A stretch of 63,866 nt of DNA, filler included. It is 8 parts of 8 records of this genome, joined end to end, with 100 filler letters (N's around TTAATTAATTAA, not from the genome) between each part and the next. Parts side by side here need not be neighbours in the genome. Positions count along the whole stretch, not along the records: positions 1 to 13,739 come from SRR2962707_4831; 7 more parts are not named here. One strand, given 5' to 3'. The stretch's first letter is position 1, and the number at the start of each line of letters is the position of its first letter. Made by a program: the position numbers and the translations under genes. Below are positions 1-10,372 of the stretch, piece after piece. Under the pieces are notes generated by a model. That model had not been told where the DNA came from. It saw only the letters and a list, made by a program, of their open reading frames with translations, and ran no database searches.

Positions 1-507
1 GTTCAGGATCGTCTGGTGATGATGACCGCGACAACCAAGACATTTAACATCGCGGGCAGCCATTCCGGCAATGTGATTATCCCTGATCCCAAGCTTCGTG
101 CGCTCTTTGCTGCGCGGATGAATGCGATGGGCCTGTCGCCAAATTCGTTCGGTCTTGTCATGGCCACCGCTGCCTATTCGCCCGAAGGGGCCGCTTGGGT
201 GGATGAACTGGTCGCCTATCTGAACGATAACCGCAGGATTTTCGACGCCACGATCAATGCGATTCCGGGGCTAAAGTCGATGCCGCTGGAATCAACCTAT
301 CTGGCATGGGTCGATTTCGAAGGTACAGGCATGGACCGGTCGGAATTCACTAAACGGGTCGAAGAAACCGCAGCCATTGCCGCGAATCACGGCCCGACCT
401 TTGGCAAAGGCGGTGAGACGTTCATGCGCTTTAACATCGCGACGCCCCGCGCACGGGTCGAGGAAGCCTGCAACCGGTTACGCGACGCGTTCAGCGACCT
501 TCAATAA
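1..507 (+). CDS. PLP-dependent MalY/PatB-family C-S lyase, 3' part (truncated at window start)
   Basis: ORF with TKTFNIAG PLP-lysine motif, ESTYLAWVDF and FMRFNIATPR typical of MalY/PatB C-termini. Confidence 0.85.
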   Translation, partial: VQDRLVMMTATTKTFNIAGSHSGNVIIPDPKLRALFAARMNAMGLSPNSFGLVMATAAYSPEGAAWVDELVAYLNDNRRIFDATINAIPGLKSMPLESTYLAWVDFEGTGMDRSEFTKRVEETAAIAANHGPTFGKGGETFMRFNIATPRARVEEACNRLRDAFSDLQ

Positions 508-509
508 AG

Positions 510-869
510 CTAAGCTGGTGTGTCCATGGCGATCAACGCCACGGGCGCATCAGATGCCCGCACAAAATCAAGCGCGGGCTTTTTCGCTACTTTGGTCGCG
601 CGTTTGAATTCGAACTGCATCTCGCCGCCTTCTTCCTCGGCGGCGATGATAAGACACTGAAACAGATGGATTGACCCGTCATACAGGTCGACCAGCCCGC
701 GCAGCTTTGGCGCGATTTCGACATCCATCGCAAAACCGGTCTTCCAATGGCGCAGCACCTGATACTGCGTTCCATTCACATCAATCCGCAGCTTAGACGC
801 CTTGCGCAAACTTTCCATGCGCGCCGCAGCTAACCCGGCTTGGATATCCTTTGGCAGAGAAATTTCCAT
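510..869 (-). CDS. Hypothetical protein, 119 aa
   Basis: ORF MEISLPKDIQAGL..., ATG at 869, fills the space between convergent/divergent neighbours. Confidence 0.7.
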   Translation of the reverse strand: MEISLPKDIQAGLAAARMESLRKASKLRIDVNGTQYQVLRHWKTGFAMDVEIAPKLRGLVDLYDGSIHLFQCLIIAAEEEGGEMQFEFKRATKVAKKPALDFVRASDAPVALIAMDTPA

Positions 870-1032
870 GTTACACCCCCATGCAACCAAGATGACGTGA
901 AGCAGCGCGAAATCAACCGATGCTGAGAAAAAGATGACAGTGGTGCATCTTTGCAGAGCTGATGTGCGCGCATACCTGTGGCCATAATCCTAAGGAGAGC
1001 TAATCTAGCCCCATAAGGTAAAGGAGTGATCA

Positions 1033-2007
1033 ATGGGCCTTTTGGTGGATGGCGTCTGGAAAGACCAATGGTACGACACGAAATCCTCTGGTGGGAAATT
1101 CGAACGCTCGGCTGCGAAATTTCGCAATTGGGTGACGTCGGATGGCAGCGCCGGACCCAGCGGCGATGGCGGTTTCAAGGCCGAAAGCGGGCGTTATCAC
1201 CTGTATGTCAGCTATGCGTGCCCATGGGCGCACCGGGCGCTTATCTTTCGGGCGCTCAAAGGTCTTGAGGATCACATATCAATCTCGGCCGTTCACCCGG
1301 ATATGCTGGGCGAAGGTTGGGAGTTCGCAACGGATTTCCCCGGTGCCACGGGCGATACGCTGTTTGATTACCCCTATGCCCGCGACATCTATACCCGCGC
1401 AGATCCTGCATTCAGCGGCCGCGTGACCGTGCCGATCTTGTGGGACAAAACGAACGAAACGATCGTTTCAAACGAATCTTCTGAAATCATCCGGATGTTC
1501 AACAGCGCGTTTGACACGATTACCGGCAATACCATCGATTACTGGCCCGAACACCTGCGCGATGACATCGAAACGGTTAACAGCCGCGTCTATGATACCG
1601 TCAACAATGGCGTCTACAAATGCGGGTTCGCCACAACCCAATCCGCCTATGATGACGCGGTGCACCCCCTGTTCGAAAGCCTTGACTGGATCGAAGGGAT
1701 TTTGGCCGACACTAGATATCTGGTGGGCGACACCCTAACGGAGGCCGACTGGCGTCTGTTCACAACATTGGTGCGGTTCGACAACGTCTATCACCTGCAT
1801 TTCAAATGCAATCGCAAGCGTATCACCGATTACCCGAACCTATGGGCCTATACGCGCGAATTGTATCAAGTGCCGGGTGTGGCAGATACGGTCAGGATGG
1901 ATCACATCGTGCGCCATTATCACTACAGCCATGACACCATAAACCCGAGCCGGATCATACCGATCAATCCCGACATCGATTTCAACGCGCCACACGGGCG
2001 GGGCTAA
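1033..2007 (+). CDS. Glutathionyl-hydroquinone reductase (GST Xi/YqjG-like)
   Basis: YVSYACPWAHR catalytic motif, TVPILWD, SNESSEII, NNGVYKCGF, RHYHYSH; AAGGAG RBS upstream. Confidence 0.92.
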   Translation: MGLLVDGVWKDQWYDTKSSGGKFERSAAKFRNWVTSDGSAGPSGDGGFKAESGRYHLYVSYACPWAHRALIFRALKGLEDHISISAVHPDMLGEGWEFATDFPGATGDTLFDYPYARDIYTRADPAFSGRVTVPILWDKTNETIVSNESSEIIRMFNSAFDTITGNTIDYWPEHLRDDIETVNSRVYDTVNNGVYKCGFATTQSAYDDAVHPLFESLDWIEGILADTRYLVGDTLTEADWRLFTTLVRFDNVYHLHFKCNRKRITDYPNLWAYTRELYQVPGVADTVRMDHIVRHYHYSHDTINPSRIIPINPDIDFNAPHGRG

Positions 2008-2029
2008 CGGCACAGGCGCGTGTAATTCT

Positions 2030-5000
2030 TTAAGCGACGAGTGTTTCGGCTTTTTTCAGATCAACTGACACCAGTTGGCTGACGCCCTGTTCGGCCATGG
2101 TGACGCCAAACAGCCGGTCCATCCGCGCCATGGTGACGGCGTGGTGGGTGATGATCAAAAACCGCGTATTGGTCTGGCGGCACATTTCATCCAAAAGGTC
2201 GCAGAACCGCGTTACGTTGGCGTCATCCAGCGGCGCGTCGACCTCGTCCAGCACACAAATCGGTGCCGGGTTGGCCAGGAACACCGCAAAGATCAACGCC
2301 ATCGCGGTGAGCGTTTGCTCCCCCCCCGACAGCAGGCTCAGCGTGCTGAGTTTTTTGCCCGGCGGCTGGCACATAATCTCAAGCCCCGCCTCTAGCGGGT
2401 CGTCGGATTCAACCATAACCAAATTCGCTTCGCCACCGTTGAACAGGTGCCGGAACAGCATGGTAAAGTTGCTGTTCACCTGCTCAAACGCCGTCAAAAG
2501 CCGTTCGCGTCCCTCGCGGTTCAGACTTGATATGCCACTGCGCAGCGTCTTGATCGCCTCGGTCAGGTCTTCTTTCTCGGTGGCTAAATTGTCGTGTTCT
2601 TCCTGAACCTCCCGGGCGTCCTCTTCGGCGCGCAAGTTCACCGCGCCTAGCGCCTCGCGTTGACGTTTCAGGCGGTTCACATCGGCCTCTAGAACATCAG
2701 AGGCAGGCATTTTATCAGGATCAACATCCAGCGATACCAGCAATTGGATCGGCGTCATCTGTTGGTCTTCGGCAATACGTTCTGCGGCATAGGCAACAGT
2801 TTCTTTCGCCGCATCAGCGCGTGCTTCGGACCGGGCACGTGCTTCGCGCGCCTCTGATGCCAGCCGCTCTGCATCCCGCTCCGCGACAGTGGCCTCGCGC
2901 AAACCACCCTCTGCCACAGACAAACGATCCGCAGCCTCAGCCTTGCGGGCATCTGCTCGGGTAATCGCCTGCGTTAACTCATCCCGTTTGGCAGCAATTT
3001 CGGCGGGTGCGGCACTGGCGTCCTTCAACTCTGCCTCTGATGCGGTTTTACGTTCGACCAGCTCGGCACTGCGTTTTTCAGCCGTGTCCAGACGGTGACG
3101 CCAACCGCTTAATTCCTTGGTCACTTCTTGCGCGCGCTTTAGTCGCGCGTCACCCTCGCGGCGCAGTTCATCATGTGCGGACCGGCGCGACATCATCGCG
3201 ATACGCGCGCCCTCCACCGTCATGCGCAACGTCTCGACCCCTTCGCGAGCCTCTGCCACATCATCAAGCTCGGCCAAGGCACGCTCCGCCTCGATCACGG
3301 ATTGGTGGGCCGCCATGGCTTCTTCCTCGTGGCGCGAAACTGCCAGCCCAAGGCTTTCCAGTCGGCCCTCGGCAAGGTTGCGATCTGCCTCCGCCCGGCT
3401 CAGTGCACGGCCTGCATCAGCAACCGCGCGATCTGCGTCGCGGCGGGCATCGCGGGCCAACTTGTCCGCTTGGGTTTGTGCAACCAACGTTTGTTGCAGC
3501 GCTTCATGGGCATCCCGCGCGCCATCTGCCCGCTGGCTGGCTTGCTCAAGCGACTGCTTCAGCACTTCCAATCGGTTAATTTGCTGCAATCGAAGTGCCG
3601 CCGCCGATGGGGCATCCTCGGCCCAAGCCCGAAAACCATCCCACCGCCACAGGTCGCCCTCGGGTGACACCAGCCGCTGCCCCGGCCGCAAAGCCGCCTG
3701 AAGCCGCGGCCCCTCATCCGCTTCGACAAGCCCGATCTGGCTCATCCTGCGGGCCAGAACATCCGGCAAAGACACATGCGCCGTAAGGGCAGTTACACCA
3801 TCCGGCAAGGGCTGCACGACGTCATATGCCGGCAGTACGGCCCAGCCCGACGGGCCATCCTCGTCCACTTGAGGCGCGCGCAGATCGTCAGCCAATGCCG
3901 CTCCAAGCGCCTTTTCGAACCCGTGTTCGACTTGCAGGCGGTCCAGAATTTGGCCGCCTTCAGCAGTATCTCGCTCCACCAGCTTGGCCAGTGCGCCCGC
4001 TTCGGCGCGCAGGGCATTCATTTCGCCTTCGGCTTCGGACCGCTCGGCGCGGGCCTCGGCTTCGCGGCTTTGTGTCAGTGCGCGTACTTCTTCCGCTTCG
4101 TTCAGGGCGGTCTCCGCATCCGCAGCCTGTTGCGCGGCAGCGGCCTCGGCTTTTGTGGCGGCATCAAAATCAGCCGCAGCTTTCACCAAGGCAGCTTTGC
4201 TTTGTGCCACTGCGTCGCGGGCTTTTTCGGCCTCGCTCTCTGACTTGGTCAACGTTTTGCGGCTGTCGCCCAGCAGACGTTCAGCCGATCCGTGCCGCGC
4301 CGCAAGGCGGGCAACGTCCTCGGTCATTTGCGATAGCGACGCTTCGTGGGTTTGCAAAACCGATGCAGCCTCGCGGGCCAGCTCGGCGGCAGCTTCCAAG
4401 GCGGCACCATGGCCAGCCCCGGCTTTTTCAAGCTCTTTTGCTTCCCATTCAAGCCGCTCGATGGTTTCCCCGGCGTCGCGGTTCAACCCTGCTTCGCGTT
4501 CGATATCGCGGGTCAATTGCGCAATGCGTTTGGTCAAAGCGTCAATGGTTTCCTGCGCGCGGGCTTCTTGATCGGCAAGCGTGTCACGTTGAACCCCAAG
4601 CCGCTGAACGACGGCGGCGGCAATCGCATCCTCTTCACGCAGTGGTGGCAACGCGTCTTCGGCGATCTGGCGCGCTTTGGCGGCTTGACGCACCGCACCT
4701 TCTGCCTGCGCGGCCTCTGTCACGCGGGTGCGCAGCTCATCCGCAGCAGCAGCACGTGCGTCATCCGCTTCGCGCCAGCGACGATATAATAACATCCCCT
4801 CGGATTTCCGAAGATCATTGCCGATCTCACGGTAACGCGCCGCCTGCCGGGCTTGCCGTGCGAGTTGTGCCAATTGTGCCGCAAGCTGTTCAATAACATC
4901 ATCCACACGGGCAAGGTTTGCCTCGGCCGCGTTCAGTTTCAGCTCGGCCTCATGGCGCCGTGCGTATAGGCCGGATATCCCTGCCGCCTCTTCCAGAATG

Positions 5001-5485
5001 CGGCGTCGGTTCTTGGGCTTGGCGTTGATCAGTTCGGAAATCTGCCCTTGCCGGACCAACGCGGGGGAATGTGCGCCCGTCGATGCATCGGCAAACAACA
5101 TCTGCACGTCGCGGGCGCGCACATCTTTACCTGCCGCCTTATAGGCGCTGCCAACGTCCCGCGTTATGCGACGCACGATTTCAATCTGATCGGCGTCATT
5201 GAAACCAGCTGGGGCCAGCCGTTCAGTGTTGTCGATATGCAAAGCGACTTCGGCAAAATTACGCGCCGGACGGGTCGATGCCCCGGCGAAAATGACATCC
5301 TCCATACCCCCGCCGCGCATTGCGGTAGGGCGGTTTTCACCCATCACCCAACGCAGCGCCTCGAGCAGGTTCGATTTTCCACAGCCATTGGGGCCGACCA
5401 CACCTGTCAGACCATCCGCGATGATCAGGTCAGTTGGATCAACAAAGCTTTTGAACCCCGTCAGTCTGAGTTTGGAAAACCGCAA
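2030..5485 (-). CDS. smc: Chromosome segregation protein SMC
   Basis: GFKSF, Walker A GPNGCGKSN, long coiled coils with hinge, LSGGE signature, LDEVDAPLD Walker B/D-loop; TTG start. Confidence 0.97.
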   Translation of the reverse strand: MRFSKLRLTGFKSFVDPTDLIIADGLTGVVGPNGCGKSNLLEALRWVMGENRPTAMRGGGMEDVIFAGASTRPARNFAEVALHIDNTERLAPAGFNDADQIEIVRRITRDVGSAYKAAGKDVRARDVQMLFADASTGAHSPALVRQGQISELINAKPKNRRRILEEAAGISGLYARRHEAELKLNAAEANLARVDDVIEQLAAQLAQLARQARQAARYREIGNDLRKSEGMLLYRRWREADDARAAAADELRTRVTEAAQAEGAVRQAAKARQIAEDALPPLREEDAIAAAVVQRLGVQRDTLADQEARAQETIDALTKRIAQLTRDIEREAGLNRDAGETIERLEWEAKELEKAGAGHGAALEAAAELAREAASVLQTHEASLSQMTEDVARLAARHGSAERLLGDSRKTLTKSESEAEKARDAVAQSKAALVKAAADFDAATKAEAAAAQQAADAETALNEAEEVRALTQSREAEARAERSEAEGEMNALRAEAGALAKLVERDTAEGGQILDRLQVEHGFEKALGAALADDLRAPQVDEDGPSGWAVLPAYDVVQPLPDGVTALTAHVSLPDVLARRMSQIGLVEADEGPRLQAALRPGQRLVSPEGDLWRWDGFRAWAEDAPSAAALRLQQINRLEVLKQSLEQASQRADGARDAHEALQQTLVAQTQADKLARDARRDADRAVADAGRALSRAEADRNLAEGRLESLGLAVSRHEEEAMAAHQSVIEAERALAELDDVAEAREGVETLRMTVEGARIAMMSRRSAHDELRREGDARLKRAQEVTKELSGWRHRLDTAEKRSAELVERKTASEAELKDASAAPAEIAAKRDELTQAITRADARKAEAADRLSVAEGGLREATVAERDAERLASEAREARARSEARADAAKETVAYAAERIAEDQQMTPIQLLVSLDVDPDKMPASDVLEADVNRLKRQREALGAVNLRAEEDAREVQEEHDNLATEKEDLTEAIKTLRSGISSLNREGRERLLTAFEQVNSNFTMLFRHLFNGGEANLVMVESDDPLEAGLEIMCQPPGKKLSTLSLLSGGEQTLTAMALIFAVFLANPAPICVLDEVDAPLDDANVTRFCDLLDEMCRQTNTRFLIITHHAVTMARMDRLFGVTMAEQGVSQLVSVDLKKAETLVA

Positions 5486-5602
5486 TTGCCCTCACTGGTC
5501 TGATTCCCAAGATGCATGCAAGTAGGCGTGATGCATCGCGTCCTGTCAATCTAAAGACGCTAGGGAAAGAGGCGGGCCGCCGCTTATCCACAAGATATTG
5601 AG

Positions 5603-6010
5603 CTATGGCGCGGAATTGCACGAAAGACTGCGAAACGGCGGATCATTTATTCTTGCCGGTTGTTTCATCCTCAAACGGCACCCTATGGGCGTAACCATCG
5701 TATTGCCCGTCAATGGCGGCGGGCACGCCAGAACACCTGTGGCCAATGCCTGATCCCCTAAAACATCGGTCACGTCACACCCGCTGACAGCAGACATCGC
5801 AAAGGCAGCGCGATCCCTGATCGGGCCAAAACGCGGCGCGTATTCCGGATTGATCCGCATCGCTTCGGCCAGATTGCCCCGCGTCCGCACATCAAACACC
5901 GAACCGTCAACTTCGATCCGGGTCGCGGTCAGCCCCCTGAAATGCGGACCTGCTGTGTTGCAGGCGGATAGACTAAGGAGCATGAGAACGAGCAAATATA
6001 GGTTTTTCAT
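5603..6010 (-). CDS. Hypothetical lipoprotein
   Basis: Signal peptide MKNLYLLVLMLLSLSAC with lipobox LSAC. Confidence 0.7.
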   Translation of the reverse strand: MKNLYLLVLMLLSLSACNTAGPHFRGLTATRIEVDGSVFDVRTRGNLAEAMRINPEYAPRFGPIRDRAAFAMSAVSGCDVTDVLGDQALATGVLACPPPLTGNTMVTPIGCRLRMKQPARINDPPFRSLSCNSAP

Positions 6011-6081
6011 GCCCAATCGTTAGGGCACTGCGATTAACAGCCCATGAAACAGGGACAAAGATATTGTCGTCGCCCCCAGCC

Positions 6082-6098
6082 GGTCATATAATTTGACC
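6082..6098 (+). promoter_or_regulatory. Probable FadR/GntR operator GGTCA-N7-TGACC enclosing a TATAAT -10 element
   Basis: Perfect 5-bp dyad 18 nt upstream of the GntR start codon; TATAAT at 6087-6092. Confidence 0.65.
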
Positions 6099-6116
6099 AA
6101 TTCAAGGGGTCATTTC

Positions 6117-6887
6117 ATGCCATTTCAACCTGTATCGTCCGAAAAGCTATCGCAAGCAGTCGTTCGACAGGTCGAGCAGCTGATCTTGCGTGGCATCCTT
6201 CGCCCCGGCGAACGCTTGCCGGCGGAACGCGAACTGGCCAAGCGTCTTGATGTATCCCGCCCGTCATTGCGCGATGCGATTGCACGGCTGGAAAAGTCGG
6301 GCCTGCTGATCGCCAAGCCGGGTGCCGGTGTCTATGTGGCGGATGTGCTGGGGGGGGCTTTTTCCCCGCCGCTGATCGAACTTTTCGCCCGTCACGACGA
6401 GGCCGTGTTCGACTATCTTTCCTTCCGCCGAGATATGGAGGGACTTGCCGCAGAGCGCGCCGCGCGCTTGGCCTCGGACACGGACTTGAAGGTAGTCGAT
6501 ACCACCTTTCGCAAAATGGAAGCCGCCCAAGAGACGCGCACGACAGAGGACGAAGCGCAGCTGGATGCGCAGTTCCATATGGCCATCATCGAAGCGAGCC
6601 ATAACGTCGTGATGCTGCATATGATGCGGTCGATGTACGATCTGCTGCAAGGCGGCGTATTCTATAATCGCCAAGTGATGTTCAAACAACGCACCACCCG
6701 GTCAGCCCTGTTGGACCAGCACCGCGCCATCAACGACGCATTACAAGCCCGCGATCCGGCTGCCGCGCGTTCAGCAGTCGAAGCACATCTGAATTACGTC
6801 GAGAACGCTCTGCGTGACCAGCAACGGGCCGAACGCAACGAAGTTGTTGCGCATCAACGATTGCAGCACGAGACGCAACAAGACTGA
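6117..6887 (+). CDS. GntR/FadR-family transcriptional regulator (PdhR/GlcC-like)
   Basis: wHTH LPAERELAKRLDVSRPSLRDA plus FCD domain (DAQFHMAI, ASHN, QH..I, HL). Confidence 0.92.
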   Translation: MPFQPVSSEKLSQAVVRQVEQLILRGILRPGERLPAERELAKRLDVSRPSLRDAIARLEKSGLLIAKPGAGVYVADVLGGAFSPPLIELFARHDEAVFDYLSFRRDMEGLAAERAARLASDTDLKVVDTTFRKMEAAQETRTTEDEAQLDAQFHMAIIEASHNVVMLHMMRSMYDLLQGGVFYNRQVMFKQRTTRSALLDQHRAINDALQARDPAAARSAVEAHLNYVENALRDQQRAERNEVVAHQRLQHETQQD

Positions 6888-6911
6888 CGGATAAAAGGCC
6901 GCCGGAAACGC

Positions 6912-6941
6912 AAAAGGCCCCGGAGATGATCCGAGGCCTTT
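6912..6941. terminator. Probable bidirectional intrinsic terminator between GntR and atpF
   Basis: AAAAGGCCCCGGA-GATGA-TCCGAGGCCTTT hairpin between convergent stop codons. Confidence 0.7.
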
Positions 6942-6958
6942 CGTTAAGTTTGGTAAGC

Positions 6959-7519
6959 TTAGTGCAGCTTGGAATCTACATCGTCGATTGCACTTGCGAT
7001 CAATGCATTGCCTTCTGCGGCGGTCATCTTCTTGGCGATGACATCCTTTGCAGCGGCAACGGCAATCACGATTGCCTGGTCGCGTACTTCTTTAACAGCA
7101 GCAGCCTGAGCCGAACCGATTTGCTCTTCGGCAGCGGCCAACCGGCGTTCGATAGATTTCGCCAGATCGGCGCGGGCTTGATCCGCAGCCTCGGTTGCTT
7201 CGGCTTTTGCAGCTGTCACAATCCGGTCGGCTTGATCTTTAACTTCTTGCTGCTTGCGCTCGTAGCTGGCCAACAGTGTCTGCGCTTCTTCACGCAGGGC
7301 GCGGGCTTCGTCCAGCTCGGACTTGATCCCGTCTGCGCGCTTGTCGAGCATGCCCGACAACAGCGAAGGTACTTTGAAATAGAACAGAACACCGACGAAC
7401 AAGATGAACGCCAACAAGACGATGAAGTCTGTGTTTTTCAGCGAAAAGAAAACGTCGCCTGCTGCGAAAGCTGGTGATGCCACCATGCCTGCAATCAAGG
7501 CTGAGAAAGTCAAACGCAT
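6959..7519 (-). CDS. atpF: F0F1 ATP synthase subunit b
   Basis: N-terminal TM segment, LDKRADGIKSELDEA coiled coil, operon position. Confidence 0.92.
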   Translation of the reverse strand: MRLTFSALIAGMVASPAFAAGDVFFSLKNTDFIVLLAFILFVGVLFYFKVPSLLSGMLDKRADGIKSELDEARALREEAQTLLASYERKQQEVKDQADRIVTAAKAEATEAADQARADLAKSIERRLAAAEEQIGSAQAAAVKEVRDQAIVIAVAAAKDVIAKKMTAAEGNALIASAIDDVDSKLH

Positions 7520-7522
7520 GGC

Positions 7523-8074
7523 TTATCCTTTCATCCGGGCTTCGACGGCCGCGGAAACAGTTTTCGCATCAGCGGAACCACCCAAGGCTGCCACAATCGC
7601 CTGAGCGGTGTCTTTTGCCACCTCTTCGACGTTTTGCATGGCGCTTGCGCGAATTTCAGAGATGGCTTTTTCGGATTCAGCAGCTTTCTCGGCAATCTCG
7701 ACGTCTGCTTGCGCAATCGCCTTGTTCAGATCAGCTTGAATATCTGCTTTTGCGGCTGCAACGATGCGGTGCGCCTCGGCGCGGGCATCGATCAGCGCTT
7801 TGTCATATGCGGCTTCTGCCTCTGTTGCTTTGACCTTCAGGTCTTCGGCAGCAGCGATGTCATTGGTGATTGTGCCCTGGCGTTCAGCCAAAACCGATCC
7901 AATGCGTGGCAACGCAATACGGGACAGAATGAAGTAGATCGCAACAAGCGCTACGACCAGCCAGAAGATCTGGTTGCCGAACCATTCGCCGCAAAGTTGG
8001 GGCATGCCAATGGCACCGCCGAATTCGTTGACACACATGCCAGCGACTTCCATATCAATTGGTTCAGTTGCCAT
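7523..8074 (-). CDS. atpF2: F0F1 ATP synthase subunit b'
   Basis: GMPQL...NQIFWL...[12 protein letters not shown] motif of alphaproteobacterial b'. Confidence 0.92.
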   Translation of the reverse strand: MATEPIDMEVAGMCVNEFGGAIGMPQLCGEWFGNQIFWLVVALVAIYFILSRIALPRIGSVLAERQGTITNDIAAAEDLKVKATEAEAAYDKALIDARAEAHRIVAAAKADIQADLNKAIAQADVEIAEKAAESEKAISEIRASAMQNVEEVAKDTAQAIVAALGGSADAKTVSAAVEARMKG

Positions 8075-8106
8075 TATGGCCTCCTGTCAAAACGTTCAAA
8101 TCCCTT

Positions 8107-8132
8107 GGGCAGCGCGCCGTAACGCGCTGCCC
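8107..8132 (-). other. Intercistronic GC-rich stem-loop downstream of atpE
   Basis: GGGCAGCGCG-N6-CGCGCTGCCC perfect 10-bp inverted repeat, no U tail. Confidence 0.7.
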
Positions 8133-8160
8133 GAAGCGTAAGGAAGTGTCAGTCTGACGC

Positions 8161-8397
8161 TTAAACGGCGAACATCAACAGCAGAGCAACGAGGAACGAG
8201 AAGATCCCCAGGGCTTCTGCAAACGCGATGCCGATGAACAGTGTTGCAGTCTGACCAGCAGCTGCCGAAGGGTTGCGCAGTGCGCCGGCAAGGTAGTTGC
8301 CTGCAACGTTGCCCACACCGACTGCCGCGCCGCCCATGCCCATGCATGCCAGACCCGCGCCAATGTATGCGCCCATTTGTACGATATCGCCTTCCAT
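8161..8397 (-). CDS. atpE: F0F1 ATP synthase subunit c (78 aa)
   Basis: Gly-rich helix, RNP loop, FAEAL ion-binding Glu; AGGAG RBS. Confidence 0.96.
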   Translation of the reverse strand: MEGDIVQMGAYIGAGLACMGMGGAAVGVGNVAGNYLAGALRNPSAAAGQTATLFIGIAFAEALGIFSFLVALLLMFAV

Positions 8398-8465
8398 GAG
8401 AATTCTCCTTACGATGGAATTGAGGTGATGAAGTGGGGGCAGGTCAGAATGACCCACGCCCGTTG

Positions 8466-9224
8466 TTAGTGATGCGGATGAAGCGCGTCTTTCAGATAGA
8501 CACACGTCAGAATGGTGAACACGTAGGCCTGGATAAAGGACACCAGGATTTCGAGGCCATACATCGCGGTGATCGCGACGATGGACAAAGGTGCGATGGC
8601 AGCAATCGCGGCGAAGCCTGCGAAAACCTTGATCACGGCGTGACCGGCCATCATGTTACCCGCCAAACGAATGGAGTGGCTGACGGGGCGCACGAAATAC
8701 GAGATAACTTCGATCAGCGCCAGAATGGGGCGCAACGCAAGCGGTGCGCTGGAAACCCAGAACAAGCCCAAGAAAGACGCGCCGTTTTTGACGAAGCCCA
8801 GAATGGTGACCGCAAAGAATACCGCAAAAGCCATGATCGCAGTGACAGCGATGTGCGACGTTGGCGTGAACGCCATTGGCAGCAGGCCAAGGAAGTTCGA
8901 AAATACGATGAACATGAACAAAGTCATGATGTAGGGGAAATACTTGACCCCGTCTTTACCGCAGATGTCTTCGACCATCTTGTAGATAAAACCATAAGCA
9001 AGTTCGCCCACCGACTGCATCCGCGTTGGAATTACCGACCGCTTGGATGTGCCCAGAACCAGCAAGGCAAAAACAGCAAGAACGGCCAGCGCCATCCAGA
9101 CAGTTGCGTTGGTGATCGTGTACCAAGAAACAGCGCCATCGCCAAAGAACGGCTTAACGATGAACTGATCCATCGGGTGGAAAACCAAGCCGCCCGCTTC
9201 TTCGCCGTGTGCTTCTGCCGCCAT
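8466..9224 (-). CDS. atpB: F0F1 ATP synthase subunit a
   Basis: [30 protein letters not shown]. Confidence 0.97.
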   Translation of the reverse strand: MAAEAHGEEAGGLVFHPMDQFIVKPFFGDGAVSWYTITNATVWMALAVLAVFALLVLGTSKRSVIPTRMQSVGELAYGFIYKMVEDICGKDGVKYFPYIMTLFMFIVFSNFLGLLPMAFTPTSHIAVTAIMAFAVFFAVTILGFVKNGASFLGLFWVSSAPLALRPILALIEVISYFVRPVSHSIRLAGNMMAGHAVIKVFAGFAAIAAIAPLSIVAITAMYGLEILVSFIQAYVFTILTCVYLKDALHPHH

Positions 9225-9225
9225 G

Positions 9226-9555
9226 TCAGGGCCCTTTATCTTCTTCGACCGTTTCGGCCATCTTCTTTTCCTGGATTTCTTGCGCAGAGCGGAGCATCGT
9301 CTTTACCCCGGCCGCAAGGCCCAGCATTACAAACAGCACCATGAATACCGGGAGCGTTCCAAAGAACCAATCCAACGTGTATCCGATGCCAAAACCGATC
9401 CCAAGACCGGCGCAAAGTTCAATCACCATCCGCCAGGCAAGCGATGCCTGAGAATAATGCTCATCAACGCGGGGTTTCGGTGCTTGCGCTTGTTTCGCCG
9501 CTGCGATCTTGGCCTCAAGCTGCTTTAGTCGCTGCTGTTGGTCCGGATCGGTCAC
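9226..9555 (-). CDS. atpI: ATP synthase accessory protein AtpI/AtpZ
   Basis: [18 protein letters not shown] motif, first gene of the F0 operon, GTG start. Confidence 0.88.
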   Translation of the reverse strand: MTDPDQQQRLKQLEAKIAAAKQAQAPKPRVDEHYSQASLAWRMVIELCAGLGIGFGIGYTLDWFFGTLPVFMVLFVMLGLAAGVKTMLRSAQEIQEKKMAETVEEDKGP

Positions 9556-9727
9556 GCCAAAACTCCCCGTAGATGTGTTGATGTTTAGCTACTTTTACTG
9601 CCCACCCGAGTCAACAGGATAGAGTTTTTGTGTATGTCGTTGTTTTTATTGAGACTTACGAAGCTCAACCAGAGGAGATCCATAAATCAAGCGCCCCAAA
9701 CCGGTCCGAATTGGGCGCGATTGTTAT

Positions 9728-9743
9728 TCAACCTTTTGGTTGA
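9728..9743. promoter_or_regulatory. Probable ArsR-family operator TCAACC-TTTT-GGTTGA
   Basis: Perfect 6-4-6 palindrome 66 nt upstream of the ArsR gene. Confidence 0.6.
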
Positions 9744-9809
9744 GGGTCAGATCCGTTATGGGTATTTGACGCATGATCCACGTCCCTCGAACGATAACAA
9801 AGCAGTGCC

Positions 9810-10166
9810 ATGTCCGCCCAGCTAGACGCAATATTCGCAGCCCTTGCTGACCCGACCCGTCGGGCCATTTTGTCGATGCTGCTAGAGGATGACATGGCCG
9901 TCACAGACGTTGCCGAACCGTTCGATATGTCGCTTGCTGCGATTTCGAAACATCTAATCGTATTGGAACGGGCGGGCCTGATCGCGCAGGAAAAGCGCGG
10001 GCGGCTTAAGTGGTGCAAACTCGAACCCTCTGCACTGCAATCGCCATCGGTGTGGATGCAAGGGTTTGGTCAGTTTGACCCGGTAAATCTGGATGATTTT
10101 GAAAAGTTTCTGGCAGCGGAGATAAAATCGGTATCGTCGGACGCTGGATCAGTTGAGCAAGAGTAG
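9810..10166 (+). CDS. ArsR/SmtB-family transcriptional regulator
   Basis: FAALADPTRRAIL...AISKHL..LERAGLI...GR HTH. Confidence 0.92.
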   Translation: MSAQLDAIFAALADPTRRAILSMLLEDDMAVTDVAEPFDMSLAAISKHLIVLERAGLIAQEKRGRLKWCKLEPSALQSPSVWMQGFGQFDPVNLDDFEKFLAAEIKSVSSDAGSVEQE

Positions 10167-10372
10167 TTTTGCTGGCTCTTCCATGACGAGGTATTACACG
10201 AAAGAGCCATGCTTGATGTAGTTAGATAATGCCGAACGCAAAACGCAAGATGGCAAGAACAACTACGACCAGACCAATTAGATAAATAATGCTACGCATG
10301 TAACGATTCCTTTATGAACTTTCCGTGATCTAAACGCCGCCTAGACGCGGTTGGTTCCGAAATATTATTTTT

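Noticed and set aside
3007-4896. Plus-strand ORFs within smc
   Set aside because: Antisense shadows of an Ala/Arg-rich coiled-coil gene
8161-8397. Na+-coupled ATP synthase
   Set aside because: c subunit has EAL and lacks the Q...E-S/T sodium signature
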